A stretch of DNA of 64,000 bases from Curvularia clavata (lineage: Eukaryota), in assembly GCA_023920165.1 (NCBI GenBank), contig CP089276.1:558001-622000 (forward strand). Reading direction: 5' to 3'. The position numbers were made by a program, and so were the translations under genes. The notes below the pieces were generated by a model that saw nothing but the letters and a program-made list of their open reading frames with translations, was not told where the DNA came from and ran no database searches. Positions 25,633 through 37,311 of the stretch are shown here, piece by piece. Within the stretch, counting starts at the first letter, position 1; every line of letters starts with the position of its first letter.

Positions 25633-25794
25633 GCCCTGACGAGTGTAATGACTGTAATATACTGTATCCCTACGACTGTCGTAACCCAAACCGACACCTC
25701 GGTCTGGAACCAAGATATGTATTATAAGCAATCCAACCTAGAGGACGCCTTCGCTATGCTGAAGAATCGACGTCATCTGCTACACACAACATTA

Positions 25795-28342
25795 CTACCA
25801 TGCGTCACCCCACCCTTCCTCTTCTTCCTCATTCTTTTTCGGCTCCTCCTTCTTAACTTCCTTCTTTGGTGCAACCACAACTTTCCTCGTTGCCGAGCCT
25901 GTCGTACTTGACCTTGCTCCTGCCACAGGTCTGGATACCTTAGCTGCTGGTGTAGTCGACTTAGCGAGGCCTTTGGGCAGTGTGTTCTTCAGAGGTTTCT
26001 TGGCATTTGATTGCGCTGCTAACCATCCCGCAAAGTCCGGCTCGCCCTTATCATCAAACGTTGTTTTCGATGTAGGCTTTGATACGGCTGGCGTACCCCA
26101 CGGGTCCTCTTCCTTCTGTGGTTTGTCCTCTTCGTCAGCGAAGCCGCCCCAGTCGTTGTTGAAGTCTTCTGCTTCATCATCGAAGCCAGGAGCTGGATCT
26201 GGCGATGTAATGGTGGGTATTGATGCAGTGCTCTTCGCACTATGAAGTGTCATTCCTGGCTTACTTGCCAGTGGAACTGGTGGTTGGGATGTTGGGGTTA
26301 GTGGAACAGAAGAGGGCCTTTGATCTGCTGCTCCGTTGGCTGCTGAGCCAGCTTGCATCGGTCCGCTCGTCGTAGCCAACTTGTTTGTAAAACTGGAGAT
26401 AGCCCAGCCAGCCCAAGAAGTGTCGTTGGCGGGAGTACCCATGCGTGGCGAAGCTCCACCAGTGGCAAGCCCAGGGGATGGCTGCACAGTTTCAGGCATA
26501 GTAGCGGCAAACTTGCGGATGCGTGCAACATATACATCGACAGTCTTTTGTGCTTGGTCACGAACAAGTTTCTCCTTATCGACGAGTGACGGACACATGA
26601 TTGGGAGAAGCTGCTTCGCACAGTCTTCCTCGCTGAAAAGATCTGCAGTCGCAGCCAGCGCTAGAAGCGCTGCATTTCGAGCATGCAAGAACGGGTCTCG
26701 CAGTGCACGCGAGAAGGCAGCAGAGAGGACTTTGGCCCGGCTCTATTCATAAATCAGTATGCTGTCCCTTTGCTCGTATGTAAGATATACTCACACTTGC
26801 TCCCAGGTTGCGTGCAATTTTGCCTAAACAGATTGTAGTGTTTGTTCGGATCCCAGGTTGCTCGTCGTTTGCAGTCTTTGCTAGATAGCGAAGAAGTTCG
26901 CCATTGATGATTCGATCGGAGAGTTTGGGTACTACCGTGAGAACCGCCTTTACTGTCTGTTCTCTAACCACGGGGGCAACATCTGAGAAACCAGTGACCT
27001 TTCGGAGGTCAGAATCAACAAAAGAGTATTGTCATAAGTACTTACCATTTGGGGGAAAATCTTGTCGCTGACAAGCTTCTGTGGGAGATGATCGATCATG
27101 AGCGGTAGGTTGTCTAGAAGGCATACGCGAATGGCTCTGTCAGGATTGGCGAAGAGCCGGACCACGACCGGCGTGATCTGGGTCTCGTATTCTTCGTCGG
27201 ACAGCTTCTGACCTATTTGCATGACTGTGCCGAATACTTTAGCACCTCCGCCTCCAAACTCTACTGACTTGAGTAGTTCGGGTAGCACTTTCATCTTAAA
27301 GAAATCAGCAGGGAAGTCGTCTGCGACAGCGTCGAGTTTCCTAACACATATCAGCATGTTTGGCAATAGTAATGCCGCAGAGGAACCAACCCAAGTAATT
27401 CGTTCCGCTCTTCCTCAGCTTTGAGACCTAAATTCTCAATATCATCCGTGACCTGAATCAATGGTGTCTGGAAGAATCCTCCCACACGCTTTCCCTGGTC
27501 CAAGAACTGGCTTATGCTCATACGCGCCTTCGGGTTGGGGTTAAGGAGGCGCTTGTACGACTGGTGCATGCTTGGAGGGATGCTCTTCATTTGCCCTAGC
27601 TGGTCGCTGCTGTTGTAGCTACCATTGAAGACCTCAAAGATTAGAATGCCAAAATTGTATGCGTCTACAGCATGCGTTGGATTCTGCTTGACCACCTCCC
27701 ACCCCCCTGTGGACACTTCGGGTGGCATGTATCGTGCCGCATCCGGTATCAGACTACCATAGGTCGGTATGATAGAGTCATCCTCCTTGACAGAGCTGAG
27801 CGCATCGAAACCACCCAGTTTCCACTCACCACTTTCGCTAAAGAATATGGAGGCCGGACGGATGCAGCCATGTATGGATGCTGCATCGGCATTTACAAAC
27901 TTAAGCGTCTTTGCGATGTTGTGCAACCCCCATTTGGTAGTCTCTTCAGTCAGACTCCTTCTCTTGACATGCCAACTGAGTGGACTGAGCCGTTCTGTAG
28001 CAATGTATATGTATGTGTCTGTCTCCACAGTATCTAAGACCTTGACGACTCCGGGATGGCGCAGTGTTCGTAGCTTTCGGAGCGCATTGCGGGCGAGGGG
28101 CAGTCGGGACTTGTTCGCCGTTATATCGAAGGAGAAAATGCTACACTTGGAGCCGTCGTCCTAGCGCCTGGTTGTCAACAGCCGCTCGCGCGTGTATGTA
28201 TAAGATAGTTAGGCCATACTCGCTTTGTGCCGTTGTGTAGCGTCCAGATAGAGTCGTTCAAATCAACTCGATCCCCAAATGTATAGCCAAACGCTGGACC
28301 TTTGGAAATGGCGGAGGCGACCGCAGACTTGAGAAAGTCCAT
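25795..28342 (-). CDS. CEX1: SCYL1/Cex1-type pseudokinase with HEAT repeats; ~4 introns
   Basis: MDFLKSAVASAI start, LRHPG, IATERL, GEWKLGGF, DEQPGIRTNTTICLGKIA, and C-terminal GWGDAW. Confidence 0.9.
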
Positions 28343-28746
28343 GGCTACAGCAGGCGGTCAGTTGCAAACCCGCCTGTGCTGTAAAAAATAAAACGTAGAC
28401 GTATCTTACGCAGCGCCGGCGACCACATGCGCCAGAGGCCAGATGGATGCGCGCATGCCCCCACACGTGTGCCATTGGGTGGGGGTCCCCGGTCCGCACG
28501 TGATGACGCGCTTCAATCATCATTCTACCCTATTTCTTCGCGACACCACCACGCTAGCGCTGCCCGCGTTCACCTCCGCGCATCAAATCCTACGCCTATC
28601 GCATCCGTATGGCTACGTCCAGACTGCTTTTCCTTTCGTCTCTCTCCATGTTACGTCTATCTTGCGCCGCACCCTAGGCGCATCACAACACCCTCAGCCA
28701 AGAGCAGGTATGTAACGCACCAATCATAAGTGACGCGTATTCTATT

Positions 28747-28929
28747 TGCATGATGACCACTGGTAAAAGGTTAGATCGCAAATCCTTGTGACGGTTTACC
28801 TTTGCCACTACTGTCTGGCACCCTGCATCCCGGCTTCGTGCCCGTCTGTACCTGCCTGCAGTAGGGGCAAAGGAGGGAACCTCCAATGGAGCGAAATGCT
28901 GCTTTAATAAACTGAAAAGACCTGATGCA
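28747..28929 (+). ncRNA. Candidate intronic box C/D guide RNA (scaRNA-like) predicted to methylate U2 snRNA
   Basis: Box C ATGATGA 28750-28756 and box D CTGA 28922-28925, closed by a TGCA/TGCA terminal stem. 15-bp internal hairpin; 13-nt antisense to U2 just upstream of box D; lies in putative intron 28708-29002. Confidence 0.72.
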
Positions 28930-29034
28930 TCCTATTTTGTCCACTTGCCGCCCACAGAATTCCATTGCTGAATGGAGAGCTGATCCACATATACTGTGCT
29001 AGGTGTATACTTTGCTGCTGTCGAGAGCTTCCAG

Positions 29035-31529
29035 ATGGGAAACACAAAACAATGGCCATCGTATCCTAAAACCAACACCAACTTCACAAAGCGAATTCAA
29101 GCTAGCCAGAATGGGAATCCAACACGGCAGTGGCGTGAGATATCACCACCCCCACTCAAGCGTAGGCGGACAGCATACGAGGAGCCGCACAGAGGACAAG
29201 ATTCCACGAGCCTGGCAACTCTTCATACAAGCAACAGGTATTGTTTATCGAGATGTTGTATAAAGCTTTGACTAATTTACTTCCGTAGCTTGCTAACGCC
29301 AGAATCTCGCAAACCTGCTTGCCGAGTATGCGACAAAACCACGAGCACCAGTTACAATCCAGTCATTACCTGTCCAGGATGTGCTAGGCCATACCATGAC
29401 AGTTGCCGGAAGCCACCGTTACCCCAAGGAGCAGACCCACAATGTTGGAGATGCTCAGCATGTGCAAATTGCAGTAGAAAGCCTCTCGAACCCATGCTGT
29501 TGTCAAAGTCAGTTCTGGTCAGAAGTTCTGTGGTGGTGAAGAACATTTCTACGCCACCATATGCACGAAGCCCGATCGCCCACTCAGCTAAATTGTCCGA
29601 TGGCACTGCTCTTGGTAGGAAGGTCCATGTCCAGACCTTTCGAGCTAGCACTATAAGTGCCAGGCGTTTAGGAAGTTTAGATAGTCCTAGGGAAGACTTT
29701 GAGTCGTCTCTCCAATCTGACCATTCAGAAAACCTCGGCACGCCTGCGCGCTGCCCAACCCGATTTCTTCATCTTGAATCCTCATCTCAGCAGCATCATA
29801 TTCAAGCTCGGACTGGCCTGTCCGCCACCAGTTCTTCGGTTCGAGCACAAAGTCGTACTCCAGATGCTCCTTGTTCGGATTGTCGTCAAGCTTCCTTCGT
29901 AGTGAGACCTGGCGATGAGAATCCTCGGTGGTACGCAGAAAAGTTCATGGATGCTGGAAAATGCTGACCTGTTTGCAGTCAGAGTTGTCGATGTCGAAAT
30001 GAATCCCATGTGGAAGAGATGAGACGCTTAGAGATACCCGAGACTCCCAATGCTGCTGTGCCTTGCGACATCCTCCATTTGATGAGCAGCGCAGAATCCG
30101 TAGCCTCTCAGATTTCACACAGTCCAACCGCTGGAGCCGAAAGGCCTTCCTGGATTGCTCCGAACCGAACCGGCACAGAGCCACTAGGCAAAGAACAGCA
30201 GCGCGAGAAAGACCATTGGAAACCCGGCATATCAAAAGCAACATATAAGGAAGATACCCAAATACGTCTTCCGGCACGACGTCCCTATGTGCTCTCTACC
30301 GACGATGCAACCGCGCGGACATCACATTCAAAGCAACAAGAGCCGTGCACTACGAGTTTGGAGAACTCTCCTAAGACTGGGAACTTACTTGTGCCTCGCA
30401 ATGTTTCTACTTCTCCAGAGGTAGATGATGCAAGTTTACACGTGCCTCATACCAATCGTGAGCTGGCGAGGATAGCCCTGGTCTGTGCGAATGGGTCGAG
30501 TATGTCAGCTCCTCAGATCATTGATTGGCTAGTGCGACGGTTTCCCTACCTTCAACAGGAGCAGGGCCTTTGGGAGAAGAGTCTAAAGGCGACTCTCCCA
30601 CTCAAAGAGTTTCGCAGCAACAAAGTTACGGGATTGGGTGACATCCGTGTGGTGTACAGCTTTGCTAATGAAGTATACAAGACTCGGTATGAAGAAGAAT
30701 ACCGTGACTATATCACTCACTATTCGCATGAAGATTCGCAACAGCAAATTTCCCGGCTAGATGCTGTAGAGTCCACTGGCGATGTTCTTGAGACTACCGA
30801 GAACATACCAGAGCAGCACAGCAGAGTTCGTGCAGGGGAGACAGTCGAGAACGCACCTGCAAGGTATGCCGAAGATACTTGGGGGAACATACCGAAAAAT
30901 ATAGCGTATAGCCAGCAATCCGCAGCCTTGTTCATCCCATCACCAGCAAGCACCAGCTCCGACGACGACACAGCACCCTGCCCCTTCAAACCAACTAGAC
31001 TTTCTCTTACTAGAAGCAAGACTGAGTATGCTGCTGAAATCAAGCGCGAGACCAGCTTTCACAAAGCATACCCTCGTAGCATTCGGACGTCACTCGAGAT
31101 GATGACCGCAGAAGAGAAGGCCAGGAAAGTGACAGAGATCAGGGCGCGGCCTTCTCGGAAGCAGTTGATTGATTCTGGCCAACGACTAGCCCATGTCCGA
31201 AGGTACAGACGACAGGATGCCCATGATGAAAGCGAGGGGGCGTGGAAACCCCAATCAGTGGAGGCAAAGGAGAAGCCAATGAAGGGTGCTAGCGACTGTG
31301 ATGAACCCCGGTCTCTACACGAAGTCTTCCGGCTGCCGACCAATGCTGTACCCATGTTGCACGAAGGAAATGAGCTTGCTTTTAGAGACGGAACGATGGT
31401 CAGTGAGGCGATTGCGACGCTTGTCGATCGATATGTTAACAATGTGAACAGGTCAATGGCCGATTACCACGACCGCGACGAATCTACAGGGTGGGCAAAC
31501 GGTTGGGAGCTGGGCTTACAGTCAATTAA
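29035..31529 (+). CDS. PHD-finger protein with an extra Cys4 motif and a degenerate forkhead-like domain; introns 29238-29288, 29931-29978, 31399-31451 (start uncertain)
   Basis: CRVC..CPGC..HDSC..WRCSAC (C4HC3). The splice sites join the ORFs in frame. Confidence 0.72.
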
Positions 31530-32648
31530 TTGATTTATCGCATACATCAATATCGGCATCATGGCGGAGTATTGGGGGTTTCTTTTTTGTGTCACAGCAT
31601 TATACCCGGCTCTTTTCCAATCAAGTGATTTCTCTCAGAGTGCCCATGACCTATACACGATATTGGCGACGATGCTCGCTTGATGTCGACCATTGAAACT
31701 AGCACTATTGCCGAGCCAACAAGCCCATAGGGCGCTGGCCAGACATGGAACGGTTCGTGCTTAAGGTTGTGTGGTGATGACAGTTCCTCGCGTGGCGCCA
31801 TGCTTTGGACGCCCATGAAGCGGAAGCTTCCAGATCGTCCGCGGCAGCGCGTGGTATTGGTGCCACGGTAGTCCTAGCAAGAGCAAGGCGTGCCCATTAT
31901 CTTGCCGCCCGCAGATCGTGCGGCCCACAACATGCCGATGTTTCTAAATCTGAAACGCCCTCCCTGCGGCTACGCGATGCGGTTTCAAGGCCCCACGGCC
32001 AATCATTTGGTGGCTGCCTCACCTCGACCAGACCACCCTTGATCGTCTGGATACCACAACCCCACCGCGACCCTGTCCTTTGCGCGGGCGACAATTTCAT
32101 TGTCAGCCTCGCAAAGTGGATGACTGGGTCGTTGTCGCTCTGCTGTTCCCGCCGGGTCTAGCGGGGGACCGTTTCACATGAGCCTAGTAGCACGAGCGCT
32201 GCCCAGTGTCCCTGGGCTCATTTGAGCCACTCAAGCAGGAGGCACTTGAGGGCGGAAGCTGTGCGAGCGCCCAGCGCCATGCACTGCATCTGGGCCTATT
32301 GTAAGGTTTGCGAGAACTTGTCACGTCAGGCCTAGCAGGGCTAATTTTGTCCTGAGGTTTCCTTCTTCACTTGGGGTTGCTCCGCCTTTCGTTCTTCACC
32401 TTCGCGTTCTCTATTGTTTGCCATTGTTGCTATTGTCAGAGGCCTGTTGCCTTGACGGCGTGGGATATTCCCCTCTATTTACCTTCTCCAACCTACTCTT
32501 TTCCCAAACTATACGCTCTCTCATATCTTCCGCTTGACGCGATCTTCGTACTCTCTCAACTGCTGGACAGACCAATTGCTACACTGAACCAACTTGAATC
32601 TTCCAGCATACACGATATCCTACGCTCTCTTCTAAAACCAAATACGAA

Positions 32649-33723
32649 ATGGCGCTTCTCTCAGCAGAACACCTGGCCGGCCCGGGCTACATCATTCTGA
32701 ACGTACTTCGTGGACTCAACATTGTGGCTCTGGCTTCGGTGGTTGCTAGCAGTATTGTTATGCTTATCAAGACCTTCATCATCTCCAAAGTATGCAAAGA
32801 CAATCATATTCAGACATCGAGCCGTAACTGACAATTTCCAGTTCTTCTTCTTCGATGCTACGAGCCATGTCATTACTGCTATAGCCGGGCTTTTCCTCAT
32901 CGTATCAGAATGCTCACTCTTTCGCAACTTTTACGCCCGCAACTGGCCTCTTCTCAGCCCGGCCCATGGCTTTGTCACACTTGGATGTGCCATGATGGTC
33001 GTCGGACTGAACCTGCTCGGCAACATGAACAAAGAGGCTACCAGCCAGAAGTCGCTCGATATGCCATTCTGGCGTCTACTTGTTGCTTCTGGCATCCTCT
33101 CCTTCGTCATTGGCCTCTTCAACATCATCGCCAGCTTTGTCTTCCGCGACAAGAGCCGCAACATTACTGCTCGCATGGTGCGCTCACGGGGTGCCATGAC
33201 ACTGCACGAGGATCTCGAGACGCAGTCTCAATACACCGGATCCCACTATGACCCCAAGCACAAGGCCTTCACCATCACTTCGCACCTAACCGGCAGCAAC
33301 ACCTCCCACAGCAATATTCACGGCAACACGCCTCCCATGCGCATGCCCACGCCTCCAGTCGACTGTGGCTCTCCCGTCAACAAGGAGGCGTCCTCTCCCA
33401 ACCACCTGTCCCAGTTTGACTTCAACCCCATGCGCGCCTTCCGCACAGCCCGCCAGTCCTTTCTCCCCTCTTACCACAGCCAATCTCCTGCGAAACCTGC
33501 ACGACCTGCTTCTTCCATCTACTCGCGCACCACGTCCGGTGAGCCGGCTAAGCGCCGCTTCTGGCAGCGCCAGCGCGTCGAGCAAGAGGAGGAGACGGCG
33601 CGCATGCCTGAAATTAGCTATCCGCTGAATGTGAACCCACAGTTTGCACACCTTGTCAAGCCCGATATGGCCCATCACCCTAGTGTGAGGAGGCCCGAGA
33701 TGGAGTTTGACAATAAGATTTAG
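32649..33723 (+). CDS. Conserved fungal 4-TM membrane protein with disordered tail; intron 32790-32841
   Basis: LAGPGYIILNVLRGLNIV, FFFFDA and NWPLLSPAHGFVTLG hydrophobic segments; tail ISYPLNVNPQFAHL. Confidence 0.8.
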
Positions 33724-34388
33724 GTGTGTGATATTGCAGGAGGTTCAAGCGGCGGAGGCAGATAATAGGGCGTCATGATACCACTTTCCTTTCTTTTCCT
33801 TTCGCTTTCTTCTTTTCACTTCTTATTCTACAGACACATTAGCATAACTGCTCCAGACCGGCACAGCAGCAGGCGTTTTTGTCCCTCGCTTTCTATCCAC
33901 GGTAGAGAAAATTAGTACGATTGTTGAGAGGCTCCAGGGACCATACCCCGTTGAGCTGTAGTCCTGAGTCGGAGATAAAAAGGACATCACTACCACGACT
34001 ATTTCACACTCTCTTCTCTGTCCTTTCTTTTCGGATCAATGGTTACATACACGTGTAAATGTTTGCTAGATAACCAATGTCTAGTTTTATCTCTGAATTG
34101 CCTTTACTCGCGAAACCCAGTGTTTGCTGTTGTTACATGACGTGAATGGATGCATAGGATCTATATGTACATGTGATATACAGTGAATCAGGTGATTCAT
34201 GTCGTGTTGACCTTTTCTCTCTCTCTTCCTTATGTCAGCAAGGTACGTGCTCGGAGATTGCCCAGCGTATGGATCCAACAAAGGGCATAGCTAGAGCCTC
34301 TGAGCCGCATGTTTCCATTCGTAAACGCCTCTCTCCTCCTAAGATTTCCGGTGTAGCTTTCCAGAATCCTTCCTCACTCCTCGCTTCC

Positions 34389-35127
34389 TCACTCCTCGAC
34401 CGCAATCTCCTGAAACGGATCAATAGCATTACCCTGTGGATCATACAACTCCATCCTCGTGCCATCCTCCAATGTCAAACTATACTCCTGCGTATAATAC
34501 AGGCCGCCTCGGCCCTTCCTCCTACACCTCAGCTTAACCTCGCCTGCCTGCTTCGTCCCCTTGACCCAGAAGCTGACCTCGATGCGGCCGTGTACCTGGT
34601 TGATTTCGCCCTTGATCCACGGGTACTTTGACGCAAAGTATATTTCGTCGCCGAGCTGCTCGCGCACGAGCGGGTTGGTGCGCAGGGCGTAGAGGGTCGC
34701 AGTTACGACGGAGGATTCTTGCTTTTGGTAGTTGAAGAAGGCAAAGAGGGAGACAGTCATGGCGATGACGAAGAGGGGAAGGGTGCGGAGGACTTGTGGG
34801 GGAATGAGAGGCGGAACGCTGTTTGCACATTCTATTAGCATACACTCTTTTTTTTCCTTGTAGCAAAGCAGAAGGGGTATAGACGTACGGTGGTAAGGCG
34901 CGGTTGGGGCGGCGCTCCAAGAGTATTTCACCATCTTTGGGTGGGGGAATGAGGTTCTCGGGCGACCAGACGCTCGTTGGGGTTTTCCAGGGTACAACGG
35001 GTTTTATGTCGTTTTGCGGTGGTGGAGTGGTCGAGGCGTGACGGAGGGGCGCAATGCGCCGGATGCATTGATATCGGAGCTGAGGCCGTGCTCGCAGCAA
35101 GGCGGGGGACAACCGTGGTGGTGGCAT
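34389..35127 (-). CDS. COA1: Cytochrome c oxidase assembly factor Coa1-like; one intron near 34820-34887
   Basis: Presequence, ERRPNRALP, TM, NYQKQESSVVTATLYALR, LGDEIYF..PWIKGEINQVHGRI. Confidence 0.85.
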
Positions 35128-35780
35128 TCTGAGGGTTGTGGCTGTTGTGGAGGCGCAATTGGGCGATAGAGCAATGCGTCTATGAGATCAGTTGATGTTG
35201 GTTGGTGGTGTTTGCATGGTTTGCATGCCGCGCTAGTTGATGAGGGGTGGAGTTAAGCCGGGCAAACTTCGCCTTGATCTACTTTCATTGCGGTTCAAGA
35301 TGTATCCTTCACAAAAGTTTCATCATTAGTATTCTGGCCTTTTTTTTTTGGCCAGGCATTTCACAGCAGCAGCTCTTACCCTTGGATAGCAAAGTAGCTT
35401 TCACAGTTCAGCAGATGGACGGATATAATCCCTTCTGGGTATTTAGCTCTGTTTGCCTACTTTTGACAAAGGCACAAATTAAAGAAAAAAAAAAACAGAA
35501 AAATCGACGACGCTGAGATGTCGGTAATATTTCTACACAGGCCCTTGAATTATCATTGCACTATTCACTCTATAGATTTTTGGGATCTGCACATCATGAC
35601 AACTCCTGGGCCACATAGACCAACCACTCAATCACAGACTTTTCAAGACATATATTTAACTTTAACGTTTCATTCAAACTAAACGCTCAGAACATCGGGT
35701 ATCTGATCTCATATCGTACAGTCGTTACAAAGCTATTCATACAAACAAAAGAAACAGCCCCACCATGCCGACTTAGAAGT

Positions 35781-36173
35781 CTAGTAATGACGAGCATTGC
35801 GGCCATCGGTTCCATGCATGCGACGGGTACCCGCAGCCTGTAGCGTGGTTAGAGATTCATTTCTATTGGTGAGTGGATGGTTGCTTACCTTGAGACCAGG
35901 CCTGCGAGTCAAAGAACCCCTGAGCTTCATCATCATACCGCTGACCTTGTCGCCCATGGTGGCATGGCGCTTGTGGTGGTGAACTGGTGCAGCACGGCCA
36001 TGGGTACCAGTGGTACGGGTGGTTCTGGTCGTGGTGGTCGTAGTAGTGGTGGTTGCAGGTGCACGCTTAGCGTGTGTCCTGCGGCCACCCATCAGACGGG
36101 TCTTAAGAGATGGGCGGGCAGTAGTGCGTGTGGTGCGGGTAGTGCGGGGAGCGTGGCGGCGTGCGAGAGGCAT
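35781..36173 (-). CDS. Small basic Arg/Thr/His-rich conserved fungal protein; 51-nt intron 35838-35888
   Basis: HHHKRHATMGDKVSGMMMKLRGSLTRRPGLK/AAGTRRMHGTDGR; GTAAGC..CTAAC..CAG intron. Confidence 0.75.
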   Translation of the reverse strand: MPLARRHAPRTTRTTRTTARPSLKTRLMGGRRTHAKRAPATTTTTTTTTRTTRTTGTHGRAAPVHHHKRHATMGDKVSGMMMKLRGSLTRRPGLKVSNHPLTNRNESLTTLQAAGTRRMHGTDGRNARHY

Positions 36174-37311
36174 GATTGCTGATTTGGATTGTATAGATGA
36201 ATAGGGTAAAGAGGATTGATGTGGTCGTTGTAGACTTAGTTATTGAGTTGTGATGTGAAGATGATTCTTCGAAACGTGCAATAACCTTGCATCTTATATG
36301 CTTTCCCACCTCATCTACCAGCCGCTGATCTATCTCTGTCTCACAGCCCTTTTGGGAGTTCGACACCAGTCTTGATGATCCTGAAAACAGGTCTCGAATG
36401 CTCAGCAGCCCTAATCGAGTTACGATCATCTCAACTCACGTCATGCAGGGTCCCGTCAAGCCCGTCGACCCTGACGATGCTTTCGTGGCTTGTGGCGCAT
36501 GACGTTTCTTCTGCAATCGTTCGTCTTGGACTGGGGGCTGCGCGCGCTGCTTATTGGGCAGGAGAGCGACGATAATGGCTGCTGGTGTCTGGGGTTCAGT
36601 TATCGCGATGCTGGATGCGGTCATGGTGGCTTGCCGTCTCTGGACCCTGATTTTGGGTGGGGCCGCTACGTCATATCTTGGAATAGCTTCACCAGCGTCA
36701 TCGTGGACTTGTACGAAGAGGGGCTTTGTTGTTGATCCCGATAGAATGGGAAGTGAGGTGCTGAAGGATTGTGGACTGTAAAGTCTAGCCTGGCGTGAGA
36801 TGGAGGATAGGTGTTAGATGTGGGAACAATGACGTCGTCAAGGATTATAGCAGCGTTACTTGGCAGCACCACCCTCCGTAAGCGTATCTTGCGTCAACGT
36901 CGAGGCTCTACTTATCCATGCTTGAAGCTAGCAGCCGTTGATTTCCAGAACAATGTGTTGATCACGTGGCTACGTGGGAAAGATGTTCAATCACGGGTAG
37001 GGCTGAAGCGGCGGCCGATGTTCCCACCAGTTCGCACTGTTGCACAGTTCACGATACACCATCGATCAATGGTACTCTGTTGTCGATGTAGAGGTCCTAG
37101 CGGACTGCTCCTGGAGCTTCCGGACGACTTGCTCCACCTTTACTCATGAGCGCGCAGTGACTGCCTTGTGATGTCACTGTAAATTCCCAACCCCATTAAA
37201 ACTCCAAGCTCAACGTGAACCACCATTGTATCAACAACCGTCTCGAAAAACTACTGAGACTGTGCCATATTTCCTCATCCAGTGTTCCTAACCCTCACAT
37301 CGCCAAACATC

